A stretch of DNA of 64,000 bases, from the NCBI RefSeq assembly GCF_009914755.1, contig NC_060925.1. One strand, given 5' to 3'. A program made the position numbers and the translations under genes. Positions 1 through 13,709 of this stretch are shown here, piece after piece (the stretch's first letter is position 1; each line of letters starts with the position of its first letter). The DNA is from the human T2T-CHM13v2.0 reference genome, Homo sapiens. A model generated the notes under the pieces. The model was not told the origin of the DNA, did no database searches, and was given only the letters and a program-made list of their open reading frames with translations.

Positions 1-114
1 AGCAGCTGTCCTCCCAGCTTTCCCCACATACTATGCCTTAGTCTCTTAATGCTAGCAGCTGATTGGTCCTGCCTGAGGTTTAACCTCAGTTGCTCATTTT
101 GCAACACAAGCTCA

Positions 115-476
<362 letters not shown>

Positions 477-1219
477 TCAGAGAAATTACTCCCCTACTGC
501 CAGACCAAAAAATGTGTTATACAAATGGGGACCCCTTCCTCCAGGTCTCCCCATATACCTGAATTCACATCACAACCCTGGGGACAAATCATTCCTAAGT
601 CCATACTTGGCTAAGGCATCCACACCACCAGGGTAGAGGACCAGAAGTGGAGCAGGAGAAGAAGGGAAGAGGTTGGGGCCAGGCATTAGAAGCTGCCTAA
701 GTATGCTGTCCCACCCCCACCACATCTGGCTTCAGGAAGTCTGGGCCATGCCTGAGCTCTCCATCTCTGAGCTCTCCGCAGCCATTCCCCTTCTCTCTAC
801 TCCTCTCACAGTCCACGTGCCTCTCTCCAAGTGTCTCTAAGTCTCTGTCTGTGGCTCTGACCTCCTAAGACCGTTCCCTTTGTTCAAGACCTGGCTCCCA
901 ACTCCTGTTCCCTATGGCAGGAGCCCTGCATCACTGACAGGGTGGAACCACAGAGACCCCGCATGGCAGCCCTCTGCAGCCTGGCTGGCAGGAATGAACA
1001 TACATGGGATATTGGTGACAAGATCCAAAAGGAAGGGAGAACTGCAGTTGGCATTAGCTGGAGGGTGTCCAGCCTGTCATGAGGTGTTCATGACATACAT
1101 ACCACACATACACATAAAGACACTTTTACTTTCCTCCTTAGCCTTCCCCTACTAAAACAGCAGATGTGATTAAAGTACAAGCACATGCATGTACATTTGT
1201 GCATGCATGTGTTTGTACA

Positions 1220-2330
1220 TTGTGTCTCTTTTTCTCCACTCCCACTGCTGGTGTTCTACATCAGGCCACTCTTATCCTAATTGCTCACCAAAGCTATGAC
1301 AACAGGTTCCTAACTGGTCTCCCTGCCTTGCATCTTGTTCACCTTGATCCTTTCTCCTCACTGGCTGCCGGCTAGCTAAAATTTCTTTATTCAACAAATA
1401 TGTATCGACTGCCTACTCCAAGCTGAATACTCTTCTGGACACTGTAGATACAGCAATGAACAAAACAGATGAAGCTCCCATGCTCATGAAGTTTATATTC
1501 TAGTGGAAAAAGAGGGATGATTACCAAATATATAAAATAATGGTGGTGGCAAGTACTGAGATAAATAATAATAGTAATAATAATGGAGTGAGGAGATAGA
1601 ATGACAATGGGCTATTCAAGATAGACTGTTGGGGAGGTCTTTCCAAAAATGTGACTTGAGCAAAGACTCGGATACAGTGAGGAAGTGAGTTGCCTAGAGA
1701 GCATTTCAGGCTGAGGGGAAAAGCAAGCGCAATTGCCTCCACAAGGAACTGTGCTTTTTATGAAACAGAAAAGAAACCCACGTAGGAGTGGCCCCTGAGA
1801 TCCAGGAGGTAATAGGGGGCTTTGCACACGTAGCACTCACGTTGCTCAGGACGCACTACACTTTGGATTTCACTCTGAGTGAGATGGAAAGCCACTGGAA
1901 AGGCAAGACCTCATTTTCCTCTGGCTGCTTTTTGGGAAAGAGTCTACGGAGGTGGGGCTGGCAAGGGTGGAAGTGGGAAGACCATCTGGAACATTTCCTG
2001 TCACTGAAATACCTGTTCCCACAGTTGCTCACCTGGTAAGCACCTGTTCAACTTTTAAACCTCAACTCAAAAGCCTCCCCTTCTATGGATCCTTTACCAA
2101 ACCTTTCCCTTCCTCACTCCAGAGCCAACCTACCTCTCTTTAGGTCCCCACTCCCTCCAATGAACACTTATGTGTGTCTACCCTCCTTAACACTCTCCTT
2201 ATTTGGTTCCAGGTCCTTTGCTCTCCCAAGATTGCAAGTTATCTGAGGTCAAGGACCATCCCTAGTGCCCAGCACAGCATGTGGCAGATTAGAGGCATAA
2301 AATACATGCTGGTTGAATGAATGGATGCAT
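1220..2330. mobile_element. L2 LINE remnants: minus-strand L2 3' end (~1380-1990) nested in plus-strand L2 pieces
   Basis: TTATTCAACAAATATGTATCGACTGCCTAC...GATACAGCAATGAACAAAACAG matches reverse L2 3' end; ...TGCTGGTTGAATGAATGG at ~2310 matches L2 terminus. Confidence 0.6.
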
Positions 2331-2379
2331 TGGGTGAGGCACTTGCGATGGGGAAGGGTATGTTTGCAGGCTATTGTTA

Positions 2380-3410
2380 ACCCAGATGAGTGAGATGCAC
2401 ATATATATGGCCATAGGTTGTAATCAGACAAGTGTTAGCATATGCCCACATATTTCTGTAAATTCTGTTCACAAGTATACGTGTTAGCATGTATGTGCAT
2501 GCTGACAAATCCCCGTGTTGGTATAGACACTCCTGTAGATTTGTTAATGGATGTGCATGTTAGAAAGTGCACCTATGTTGATATATGCCTATTATGGCAC
2601 AGACAAGTAATATGCACATGTACCTGTACACGTGTATTGTCACATCTTGTATGTATGAGGCTTATGCATGCACTTGGGCCCCCCTCTTACTCACTACCCC
2701 TTTCATCCACTAGGACCAACTTGTTGAATTTTGAAACTTCTGTAGCAATGCCAATGTTTAAGCCCTGATCCTCTTTCCCCACATACAGCCCTGAGCACCA
2801 TAGCATCTGAACAGCCTGGAGCCTGGATTTCTTACTTGGCTATCCCCAAGGCCTTATAGGTTTTCCCTCCACAAACTTCTTTCATATGATGGAGAACAGT
2901 TGGCTCCCAAGGACATAAGAATTTGAGAGACCTCAGGGAGCCTACTTTCTGGAGAAGAGCTACAAGTAGCAGGGTGATCAAGCTCAAGCTGTTGGGAAGA
3001 CACTTTTGGGTAGCCCAATGTTCAGTCAGAATCGGTCTCTCTCTTTCTTACATTTATTCACAGGTTTGCCTCAACTTGTGTACATATATTCATATGTGGT
3101 TGATACGGTACGTATATGCATGCCCCACATACATGCTCACATGCATGCTTACACTCACACAAAGGCATTACTGGATAAGCACACCACACACACACACACA
3201 GACATGCACACATTGGTTTAATTCAGTAATTTCCTTCACATTCACATATATACATGAATGCATACATAGAGTCATATATATATACACACATCCACACTTA
3301 TACAAATAGATGTGCTTATACACATATACACAGCATACTCACATATACTTATGTACATATACACAGTCATATACTCACTCACAGGCAGAAATACGCATGC
3401 ATGTGTACTG
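2380..3410. repeat. Degenerate TG-rich (~2380-2670) and CA-rich (~3050-3410) low-complexity tracts
   Basis: Alternating purine-pyrimidine composition seen directly, including a short (CA)n run at ~3185-3200. Confidence 0.8.
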
Positions 3411-5630
3411 GAGTCCCAGATCTTGCAGAGATATCCAGCCCCTCCCCTGGCTTCTATCCTTCATATTCTCTCCAAGTACATCACAAGTTTGCATTTGCTC
3501 TCTCCTCTTGCTAGTCTCCCACTTCTCTATTTGGAAAGTTGTTCCTGTTATCAATGAGATATACCCACTCCTGGACACATCCCATTCCCACCCACTCTCA
3601 GTGGGAAAAAATCGTCATTTTTTTTTTTAAAAGGGCCCTGTCATGTCCTCATCCCATGCCTAGAGAAACGAGTATTTCCTCAGACAACCTGGGTAGGAGT
3701 AACAATAAAGTAGGTGTACCTCTTCAAACCCAGGAGACAATCCCCCCGTATATGCAACCCCTTAACTCTAAAAAAGAAAGAACGAAAGAAAAGAAAGAGA
3801 AAATATCAAGGCCAAAATCCTTCCTCCCAGCACCTCTGGGTAAAGGTCTAACACTCTCAAACTCCAAAAGTTACTGGGGCAGAGGAAGAAATAGTAAGGA
3901 AATTAACTGTGGGTGCTAAAACCTCCTAGAAAACACCCCTTTTCTTCCCTAGAGGGGAGCTTCATGATCAGTGAATCCCTCCCTTCCCAGCCTGTGGGCC
4001 CTACAAGGGAGAGGGTAGACCAGGAGGCTTAAAAATGTAAAGGTGGTGACCTGGGCTCAAATAACAAAAGAAGCAAGTATTTTGAAAGCAGAAGCTGGGA
4101 AGGGAGCAGGGAGGCAAGCTGCAGACACCTCCTGGCAAGGAAGCAGCTGCTGGAACAGTGGATCAGGAAGAGCAGGACTCTCTAAGGGGCCAGGGAAAAG
4201 GGGGTGGACATCTAGCATTTCATGTGGGGGTGGAGGGGTGACTGCTTCAGGCAGTAGCAGCAGATCCAAAGTAAAGTCTTATCAAAGCTGTTATGTAACC
4301 AAGGGAGCTGAGTGGAGCACAAACACCTCCCCTCCCCAAACAGGCACCCACACCCACACCCACCACCTCCCAGCACCCACAGCAGAGGAAAACTCAGCTC
4401 CTCCCAAGCAGCTAGAGAAGGCAGGAATCATCTTGATGAGTTACATCAAAAACATGATGGGTGAGGGGCTCCTTATGAACTACAAGTCACATGTGGGAAG
4501 GGATCAACTGGTTCAGTTTGAGATCCCTAGATACCTCTCCCTTTTCTTGAACTCCCTGCCACACCCAATTTTTGCCCAGTATTATCTGGAAACTGTCTCC
4601 TTCCTCCCCTCACAGGGAGGATCCCATTTGAATATTTGATTGTGCTCTTGGGGATGGGAAGTGAAGCCACCATCATCCCTTCCTGCCTGTTGTTCCCCTA
4701 CAGACTCATCTGCATGTCCTGACATTTGGCTCTCATCCCCCTGGGATGACAAGGGAAGGGACCTTAAGAAACTCCTTGCTCTATTCCCTTCATGGTTACA
4801 AAGACAGTGCATAAGAATACAGATACTTGAAATGACCCTGACTCTAAGCCATAAGGAGAAAGATATCCAAGAGAACTAAAGACTGAAACCCAGACCTCAT
4901 CCCTCCATTTGAATATTTTTTACTCCCCCAGATCTTCCTCTTTTCCCACTGCCCTGTCTCCAGTAGCCTCCCCCTTCTCTTCTCCATGGCACTGAACAAC
5001 CCCACCCACTCCTTGAATCCTTTGCTTAAAAATCTTCCTCCCCAACAAAAGTCTCTCCCAAATGCTGCTCTGAGCTAGGTTTGGCAGTGGGCAGAACACA
5101 GGACAGGCTTGCAGAATATTTCAGTGTCCCTGTCCCAAATCCCAAAGTATGATGGGCAAGGGAATATCAAGTTGTCAGTCAAGTTATCCTGAACTCCTGA
5201 GCTGTAACCACCCCACACCTAACCAGGAAGACCGGCGTTCTCTTAATCCAGAACCACCTTGAGCCTGAAATTCTGGGACCCAGTAGGTGAAAGGCTGGTA
5301 TCAATATCTCTGAGCTTGTTGCGCTAAAAAAAAGTTCCCAGGAGATGAGATCTCACAGGCACAATATCATTCTCCAACTCTACCCCGATAATAACAGTAC
5401 AATGGTTTTGGAAGGGAGAGAGGGAACTGAAACAGCAAAAGGGGAGAGGGGCCCCTTGGGGGAAGGGTTCCTAAATACCACTAACAACTGTGAAACCTAA
5501 ACCATAGGGAGAACTCCAAATCCATATTTCCATCCATGCCCTTGGAAAGTGGGTCATCTGGGAGAATTTTTCTAGTGAGCCCTCCCCACTGCCCTCCGCC
5601 TTTCCACCATCGGGACCGAACGAAGCCTCA

Positions 5631-5651
5631 TTCAGCACTCGGGACAGCTCC
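5631..5651 (+). promoter_or_regulatory. RE1/NRSE (REST-binding) element 1
   Basis: TTCAGCACTCGGGACAGCTCC vs canonical TTCAGCACCACGGACAGCGCC; correct 21-bp length and half-site spacing. Confidence 0.8.
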
Positions 5652-5678
5652 GAAGGAGCAAATCCCCGCCGAATCCCA

Positions 5679-5699
5679 CTCAGCACCCGGGACAGTTCC
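5679..5699 (+). promoter_or_regulatory. RE1/NRSE (REST-binding) element 2
   Basis: CTCAGCACCCGGGACAGTTCC; intact TCAGCACC and GGACAG half sites with a 2-nt spacer. Confidence 0.8.
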
Positions 5700-6032
5700 C
5701 AGCGACATTGCCGGCCCCGGTAGCCAGAAACCCAGGATGCCAGGAAGGAACAGGTTTACCCCACCACACACCCCCTTTAGAACAGAAGCCCCTCTCCCCT
5801 GCCCCTCCCACTGTCGCTCCCATCCACCGGGGGCACCTGACAACCCCCCCCCACCTTCCCTCTATGTCCCAAGAGAGAAAAGAAACCCAGACATGGGGCT
5901 TCCCTGAGGGAACCTTGAGAGAGGACCCCACCCACCTTCCTTCAGCCCAGAGCCTCTCAATGCCACTCACAGCTGGTTCTAAAAACCACTTTCCTTCTTA
6001 ACCACCACCCCAAAAATAAAAGAAATACTCAC

Positions 6033-6260
6033 GTGGGGGCTCCCAGCCCTGCAGACAGATGTGGTGGGGGGAGGCAGAGAGAGGTAGCTCCCCACACCCT
6101 GTTCTGAGCCCCCTTTCTGAAGGAGCCAGCTCCCATCTGGACTGGGGGGAGGAGAGACATGTGGAAGCACTGAGTGAGGGGAGGGGAGAGGGGAGAGGGG
6201 AAGAAGCAGGAGCGAGGGACTGCGGGGCGGGGGTGTCGAGATGGGGGCGAGGGAATCCTT
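6033..6260 (-). other. Candidate alternative non-coding first exon in DLGAP3 intron 1
   Basis: Minus-strand donor CAC/GTGAGT at 6032-6027; GC-box/GA-rich promoter-like sequence at 6170-6250; 5' boundary uncertain. Confidence 0.35.
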
Positions 6261-7979
6261 TTTAATTTCATTCTCTCCCCATGTCTACATCAGCCCTGCA
6301 GGCTCAGCTCTTTAATATTTACACACAGGAAGAGGAGAGGATGAGAAAGAACAGACAGTGAGGGGGGCAGGGGCTACCTGAGCTCAAAGGGCATAGAAGC
6401 AGGGGCCTTTGGGAGCTGGGAGCTTGGGCCCCCGACACCATCCCCAGCCCACTTCCACTCTGAGCTCTTAACTGGAAGGAAGAAGAAGGAACCCTGGGAC
6501 CATTCTGTCCCTTTGTTAACAAGACACTTTGAAGCTGCATCAGAAAAAGATCAGATCCCCACCCACATACCTGGACACCCCCACAAACCCAGATTTCTTG
6601 GGTGCCTTATGTGCAGATGGTAGAGACAGTATTCAGGCACAAGCATGTTCTGATGCTTGGAAGCATGTTTGCCTGTGGGCTGCTGTGTAAAAACACATGA
6701 ACATGTCAGCTAGCCTGTATAAGTTTATACAAGCATGTTCTGAGTGTTTTCACATGTTAACAGCCCACGCAATCATATGCAAGCCTATGTAACCATATGT
6801 GTAAACCAGCTTCCAAGCAGCCTCCCCGCAGCTCTCCAGCTACAGCCCCAGGGACAAGGCCACCCACTTCTCCAGACTCCCTTATTCCCAGACCCCTCCA
6901 TCAAAGCCTTACTTTTTCTGTCTGTGACATGGGAAGAAGGGCTGGTAGGAAGAGATGCTGCATGGAGCCCAGGGGCCTGACAAGTTATTAGCAATGATGA
7001 GCTGGCACCTCGTTACCATAACGATGGTGCCACTGCCTCACCCCAGCTCAAACCCAGACTCCCCAGACGGCAGGAGGCCCGCTGAGCCAGCAGCCTTCAG
7101 ACTGGGGAGGGGCAGGGTGGATAAAGAGGAAATCAAGACATAATGCTTGCATAGTGGAGGGTACGCAGCTGTTCTTCCAACCCCCACTGAGTGACAAAGC
7201 TTTGACTCTACCAAGTGGGAATGAAATCAGAATCTGGGAAGGTTTCCTGACCGTGGGGATGGTAAGACCAGAAGGGGTCTTTGGAAGCTCCTCTAGGCAA
7301 AAGTTTTTGTCATCATTTGCTCCCTTCATCACCTCACCCCCAAAAAACTAAAAAACAACCAAATACGGGGCCCCTTGCTGAATTTCAGTCTCCCCACCTG
7401 TAAAATGGGGGTAATCCCTTTATCATTTGTCCTAGACTCCTGGAAGATTTCATTAGAAAGGGTTTGGGGGTAACTACAGACCCTTCCTAAATCAGACAAG
7501 CCCCAGAAGTTTCTCTATTCATTAGGAACCCAATAAGGTAAGGAATGGTCTATCCAGCTAGAGGCAAAATGCACTGGAAACTGGGGAGGATGAAGGAAAA
7601 CAAGCTTAGCCAGCTCGAGCCCCAACATCAGCTGGAAGAGATGATGTTAGGTGTCAGGCAGCCGCTGAAAGCAGGTACTAACATGAGAAAGTCTGGGAGT
7701 CTGGCCTGTAGCAGCTCCAGCCCCTCACCAGCAGGAATCAAGACAAGACAAGCCCATGGCCTACCTCGGTGGTGGGTGTGGCTAGGAATCCCTATCCCCA
7801 GCGACATCTGTAGCGCCCTCTCTTTGGCAAGGAGTCCCAAGCTGAAAGATGTACAGCCTTAGGCTTTTTGAGTCTTCATTTCTTTTCCAAAAATCCCCTG
7901 TACTCAGCTCTGATGGGGGTGGGGAGAGTTCAGGAATAGAAGGCAACATGGAGGATTGCAAAGTTCCTCGTCTAAGATT

Positions 7980-8100
7980 AGCCTAGGAACTCACAAATTC
8001 GTTGTGTGACCTTGGGCAAGTCCCCTCCCTTCTTGGGGCTTCAGAGTCCCCGGTTTGTAATGAAGAGGTTGGACCAAGTCAATACTAAGGTTCCTCTCCT
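7980..8100. mobile_element. MIR SINE fragment
   Basis: TGTGTGACCTTGGGCAAGTC...CTTCAG...TGTAATGAAGAGGTTGGAC MIR core. Confidence 0.75.
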
Positions 8101-8627
8101 GGCCATCACTCTACAGCTACATACAAGCTCACTCGTTGGATGTGAGCCCCCTGGCACAAAACTCAGCGGGCCCTGCCTGCCAGATCAGTGGGGCAGTGGC
8201 GGGTGGGAGATGCGGGGGCTGTATGTGAGGCCGTTCATCCTATGTTCATGTTCCTTTTAGAAACACCTGCCACCCTAGCCCTCCCAGCTCCCTTTTTAGA
8301 CCCTGATTCACTGCCAACTCACGAAGCCTCTCCCTCCCCTCCCTCCTCTCTTCTCCCCCCACCCCCCACTCTTTTAGGCATTGGCAGCTGGGTGCAGAAG
8401 TAGCCCCAGCATTCAGGGAATGCTGCGCAGTGGTAGAGGGCAGTGCCCCCAGGGTCAGAGAGAGCACACCAGGAAGTACCACTCTCTAACCTTGGCCCAG
8501 CCCAGTTCTTTGGGTCACTGAAAGACCTGGGCTGAGGTCTTTCTGTACCACTAACTAGCAGTGTGTGGTTGTGGAAAATGCAATTCATTTCTCAAGCCTC
8601 AACATCTTCATCTGTAAATCGGCATTA

Positions 8628-8714
8628 TATTTGGTTGAACCATATGAAATTGCTGTTTTTGTAGGTTAAATAAAAACAGTTGAATATTGCAGTTGCATAT
8701 GGCTTAACGTGATA
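8628..8714. mobile_element. MADE2-like mariner MITE inserted in a MIR (~8510-8820)
   Basis: Imperfect terminal inverted repeats GGTTGAACCATATGAAATTGC ... GCAGTTGCATATGGCTTAAC over ~85 bp. Confidence 0.7.
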
Positions 8715-8907
8715 CCTGTCCTGCCTGCTTCCCAAGGCTGTTGGGGAAATAAGAAGAGTTCAGAGGGCAGCATTTTCAAAAGCCCTGAACTAATATGAGG
8801 GCATTATTTTATTATTATTACTTCAAAGAGCTTAGTACAGACCCACCCGGAGCCAGTGGACTGAACCAATAACCCAGAACTTGAAGGTTTGGGACTTGGA
8901 AGTCTGG

Positions 8908-8927
8908 GAGAGCGCCACCTGCTCTGA
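8908..8927 (-). promoter_or_regulatory. Candidate CTCF motif
   Basis: AGCGCCACCTGCT core (reverse AGCAGGTGGCGCT); flank deviates from consensus. Confidence 0.35.
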
Positions 8928-9339
8928 TGACTAACAGGGCAGACGCTTCCACCTGGCCTCCTCATCTCCTAGCTCTAAAAGGCCCTTGGTGAAACATTAT
9001 TGAGATGACACAAGTTCCCAGGCCCCCAAAAGGAGAAGCAGCACACGCAGGCACATACTCCAGCTCGCCCCAGATCCCCCCTCCCACCCACCAGGGGCCT
9101 TAGCATGCAGGAAGGACACGACCAGCAACATCCCAGAGGGCACCCCCTGAGGTAGGTGAAGGTAGAGACCAAGCTGGGGAGTGCCACAAAGCTCTTGCCT
9201 GAATCAAGGGTCAGGGGTCCCCAGAGAAGGGGGGAATGATCTGACCTCGGAAAAGTCTCATCTCCCTGTCCCATATCCCACCAGGAATGGGGGGACAGTG
9301 GGGGGGACAGAGCCCAGGTGTGGGTGATTCAGAGTGAAC

Positions 9340-9730
9340 CGCGCTCAGATACACTCTCTCTCACACAGCCAACGCACGCGCGCGCACACGCACACACACA
9401 CACACACAGTCACACAGGGCAGATACCGGGACCCACTCACAGAGACAGTCACGCCGGCACACACATCCATTCACACATTCACAGACACACACAGGCACAC
9501 ATGGGGACAACACACACTCATTCACTCACATGTCCACAGATGCATACACAGTACCACCCTCCACACTCACGCTGCATACACCCACTAACATGCACACACA
9601 CTCTCGCCCACAGTGACACACGCACACACTCACGGCATACACTCACCGGCACACACAATCGCCCACAGACCCACACAGTGACACACTCGGCACAGACACA
9701 CAGCGACACGCACTCACATTCACACACCTG
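9340..9730. repeat. Degenerate (CA)n low-complexity tract at the edge of the CpG island
   Basis: Seen directly; it produces the His/Thr-rich pseudo-ORFs in the track. Confidence 0.85.
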
Positions 9731-9759
9731 CAGAGGAAACTTCTCTCCGGATCTCCCCA

Positions 9760-11310
9760 GCACCACGACTTCCCCCACAACCAGCTGGCTACTCCCTCCC
9801 AGACCCGAGCCTCCAGCCGGGCGAGGGCTGGGCCGGGGCTGGCCTGTCCCCGCGGCCCTGACCGGGAGCGTGGGTCCGCGGTCCGCGTGGTCCCCTGCCC
9901 GCCCCTCGGGTCGGGCCCGCGGGCAGCCAGGCCGGGGCAGGAGCGGGGGCAGCTGAGGAGGCCCAGCCCCTCCCCCCTCCCGGGGCCGGGAGCCGAGCGC
10001 CGGAGCCCGGGGCGTGGGCGGCGCCGGGGCCGCAGCCGGGCCGTGCCTGGGGGGCGCTGCAGAGGGAGCCGCGAGCGCGGCCCCGTCCCCACTCCTCCCC
10101 GCGGCTTACCTGGCCCGGCTCGGGCTCCGGCCGGGTTACATGGTGCCGGCGGCCCGGGCCGGGGGCGCTGCGGCGTTGGGCAGGCGGGCAGGGACCGGGG
10201 CCCGGCACTGCGGAGCCCCCAGCTGAGGGGCCGCGCCGGCTGCGGAGCCCCAAGCGAGCGCCGAGCGGCAGCGGGCGCGGGAGCGGGAGGCGGCCAAGCC
10301 ACGGAGGCTGGATTTCCCGGGGACCGGGAAGGGGAGGCGGGGGGATCCCGCCCGCGCGCTCCGCCCCCGCCCCCGCCCCCGCGCAGGGCAGCCGAGCAGG
10401 GAGAGGGAGAGGGAGAGGAAGAGGGAGGGGGACCGAGCTCCCCGCCCCCGCGCGGACCCAGGAGGGCCGAGGTCGCCGCCCGCGGGCGGCCGCCGGGGTC
10501 CCGGAGGAGCGCCCACCTCGCTGAGCGACGGTGCTGGGGGCGCCCAGCGTAGGGGCAGGAATGAGATCCCCCTCCCCGGGGACCCAGGAACAGGCACCCG
10601 AAGTGTCACGGCCACGCACAGCCGACCTGGGTACAGGGACCCAAGCCCGGCGGCGGGCGGGCGGTCGGGGACCAGCTCAGCCTCACGGACCGGGTCTCGC
10701 CCCCCGCCGAGGGGCAGTCACGCCCTGAATGTCACACACAGCCCCCAGGCCCGTCCGCTTAGGAGACTCTCCTTCGGGCTTTCCCGGTCGGCCGCCTGAC
10801 CTCAGCTCCTGGCTTGGGGTCAGGGAGCCTCCCTCTTCGGCCCCAGCCCCTGCCAGGATGGGGCGCTGTGCCCGGCCTCGGAGCCGCTGGCAGGCGTCCC
10901 CCACCCACAGTCCGCACAGCCGAGGCATCCCCAGTGTGGAGGGAGAGCCCCGCTGTACCTGCCGCCTGTGCTGGGCCCCCGCCCGTGCCCACTGTGCCCG
11001 CCCGCCTCTGGGCCCTGAGCCTGGGATTGTGCCATGGCGGGGTCGGGGTGGGGGGAAAGGGACTGTCCGAAGCACAGCTGGAGGCTGCGGAGCCCGGACA
11101 CAGGCTGCGGGAGCCGAGAGGCGGAGAGCGGACTGCAGCAGTCCCCTGGCTTGAATCCGTCTTGGCGCCCAGAGCGATGCTGTAATGGGGGGGAGGGGGC
11201 CACGGTGGGGAAGCCGCAGGGGGAGGGGCTGAAGACGTGGGGGAAGGGGTGGCTCCGGATTCCGGCTTTCCAGGGTAGGTGTGAGGAAACACTGCCTCCG
11301 GCGCTGAAAG
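9760..11310. promoter_or_regulatory. CpG island / TATA-less promoter (DLGAP3 promoter by inference), with GC-box array at 10361-10381
   Basis: Very high GC and CpG density; CCGCCCCCGCCCCCGCCCCC Sp1/EGR-type boxes just upstream of the minus-strand exon. Confidence 0.9.
10110..10320 (-). other. DLGAP3: Non-coding first exon (5' UTR) of DLGAP3/SAPAP3; intron 1 runs off the left end of the window
   Basis: Strong minus-strand donor CCAG/GTAAGC at 10110/10109 inside the CpG island. Gene identity is from recalled gene order relative to TMEM35B, since no DLGAP3 coding exon is in the window; TSS approximate. Confidence 0.6.
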
Positions 11311-11861
11311 TTGGGGGTGGAGGTTCAGTGGGCATCCTTAAAGCCCTCTTCCCTCCTCTACCTTTTCCGGTCTTGAAAGCTTGGGATGGTGAGGTGTGGG
11401 CTTGGGAGGCTTGAGACTGCCCACCTCTCTAGGAACATACCTTGGAGTTGTTCTGATTCAACGGCCCCCACCCCGCACCCCAACAACTCCCTGCTCTCTG
11501 TTTCCTTGTGGGGCCACCGGCTCTCCTCCCTGTATAAAGGGGGAAAGTGAGGCACGGAAAGGAGAAGCCAAAGGCCCAGAAGAGCTAGAACTGGGAGCCA
11601 AGACCTCTTTTCCCCAGGGAGATGATGTTTTAAGATGCCACATTACATTAAATAACATAAGGGGCTTGGAGAGCCCTCTTCCCAAGGGATACCTAGAAGT
11701 CTGGTAAGAGACTAGTAGATTGGTCACCTACCCTGCTGCTCACAAGAACGGTTCATTGTCTCTTCAATCATGAAGTGAGGTTGCAGACCATTTCCAGCCC
11801 AGGGTTCAGTCAAGAGCAGATGTCATGAAAATAAGAAAGTTGTTCCCAGGAACCCACTTTA

Positions 11862-12605
<744 letters not shown>

Positions 12606-12872
12606 TTACAATAAACAGGGACATTTAATATGGCTCTTCTTACCTTTCTGTTAAAGCTATTAGAGTTGGTGCATTTTAGAATTGAGAACATAATGTTATT
12701 TTCATTTGTTCATTCAACAACCCTTTACTGATTATACCTGGCACCTTGCTAGCCTCTTGGGGGCATACAGGTTAATCAGACAGGCTTACCTTAGACAGTG
12801 TTCTCCCATAGCCATCCAGTGATTAATAACTGATTAATAAGGGAGATGGAGATGTAAACCAATAATTACTAT

Positions 12873-13020
12873 CAGGGCCAGCTTCATGGGAGTGTGACCT
12901 GTGCAGTCGTACAGAGCCCCACATGTAGAAGGGCATCACTCTTGGTAGAATATTCTGCTGTCACTGTCTTAAAATTGTTAATAATTTTTGGACAAGGGGC
13001 TCACCCTGGGCCTAGCTCTG
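12873..13020 (+). mobile_element. MER91-like hAT-Tip100 MITE
   Basis: CAGGGCCAGCTTCATGGGAGTGTGACCTGTGCAGTC...TAATAATTTTTGGACAAGGGG resembles recalled MER91A consensus. Confidence 0.6.
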
Positions 13021-13054
13021 CCTAGGTGAAGAGGACAGTCAAAGAAGCACAAAA

Positions 13055-13405
<351 letters not shown>

Positions 13406-13709
13406 TCAGGTAGAGAGTCACATGTGCAAAGACAGAGACTCAGTGTCAATCAGTATGACAGTTGCCTTAGTTGATCTTCCCACTGAAAGCATGATAAATA
13501 GCAAAAAAAAAAAAAAAAAAAGATAAAATATTTTTATTAAAACACAATAAAGAAGAGAATATATATGTATAACTATGTACATTTTTAATATTCTTAAATG
13601 TATCAATGTGCTGGCAAGAAAATAAGAATCACTCCAGCCAAAATCTAGGTAAAGGCAGAACCAGAGAAGTAAGCAGAGCACTGAAGCCAACTTTAGCCTT
13701 GGGGGCTGT

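Noticed and set aside
4043-4639. 198-aa plus-strand ORF
   Set aside because: GTG start, no homology recognised, antisense within the inferred DLGAP3 intron
7011-7024. GTTACCATAAC(GAT), RFX X-box-like palindrome
   Set aside because: Only a partial match to the X-box consensus; too short to support without binding data
9318-11414. Many overlapping 120-276 aa ORFs on both strands
   Set aside because: Stop-poor CpG-island and CA-repeat DNA; Pro/Gly/Arg/Ala low complexity, no domain, mostly non-ATG starts
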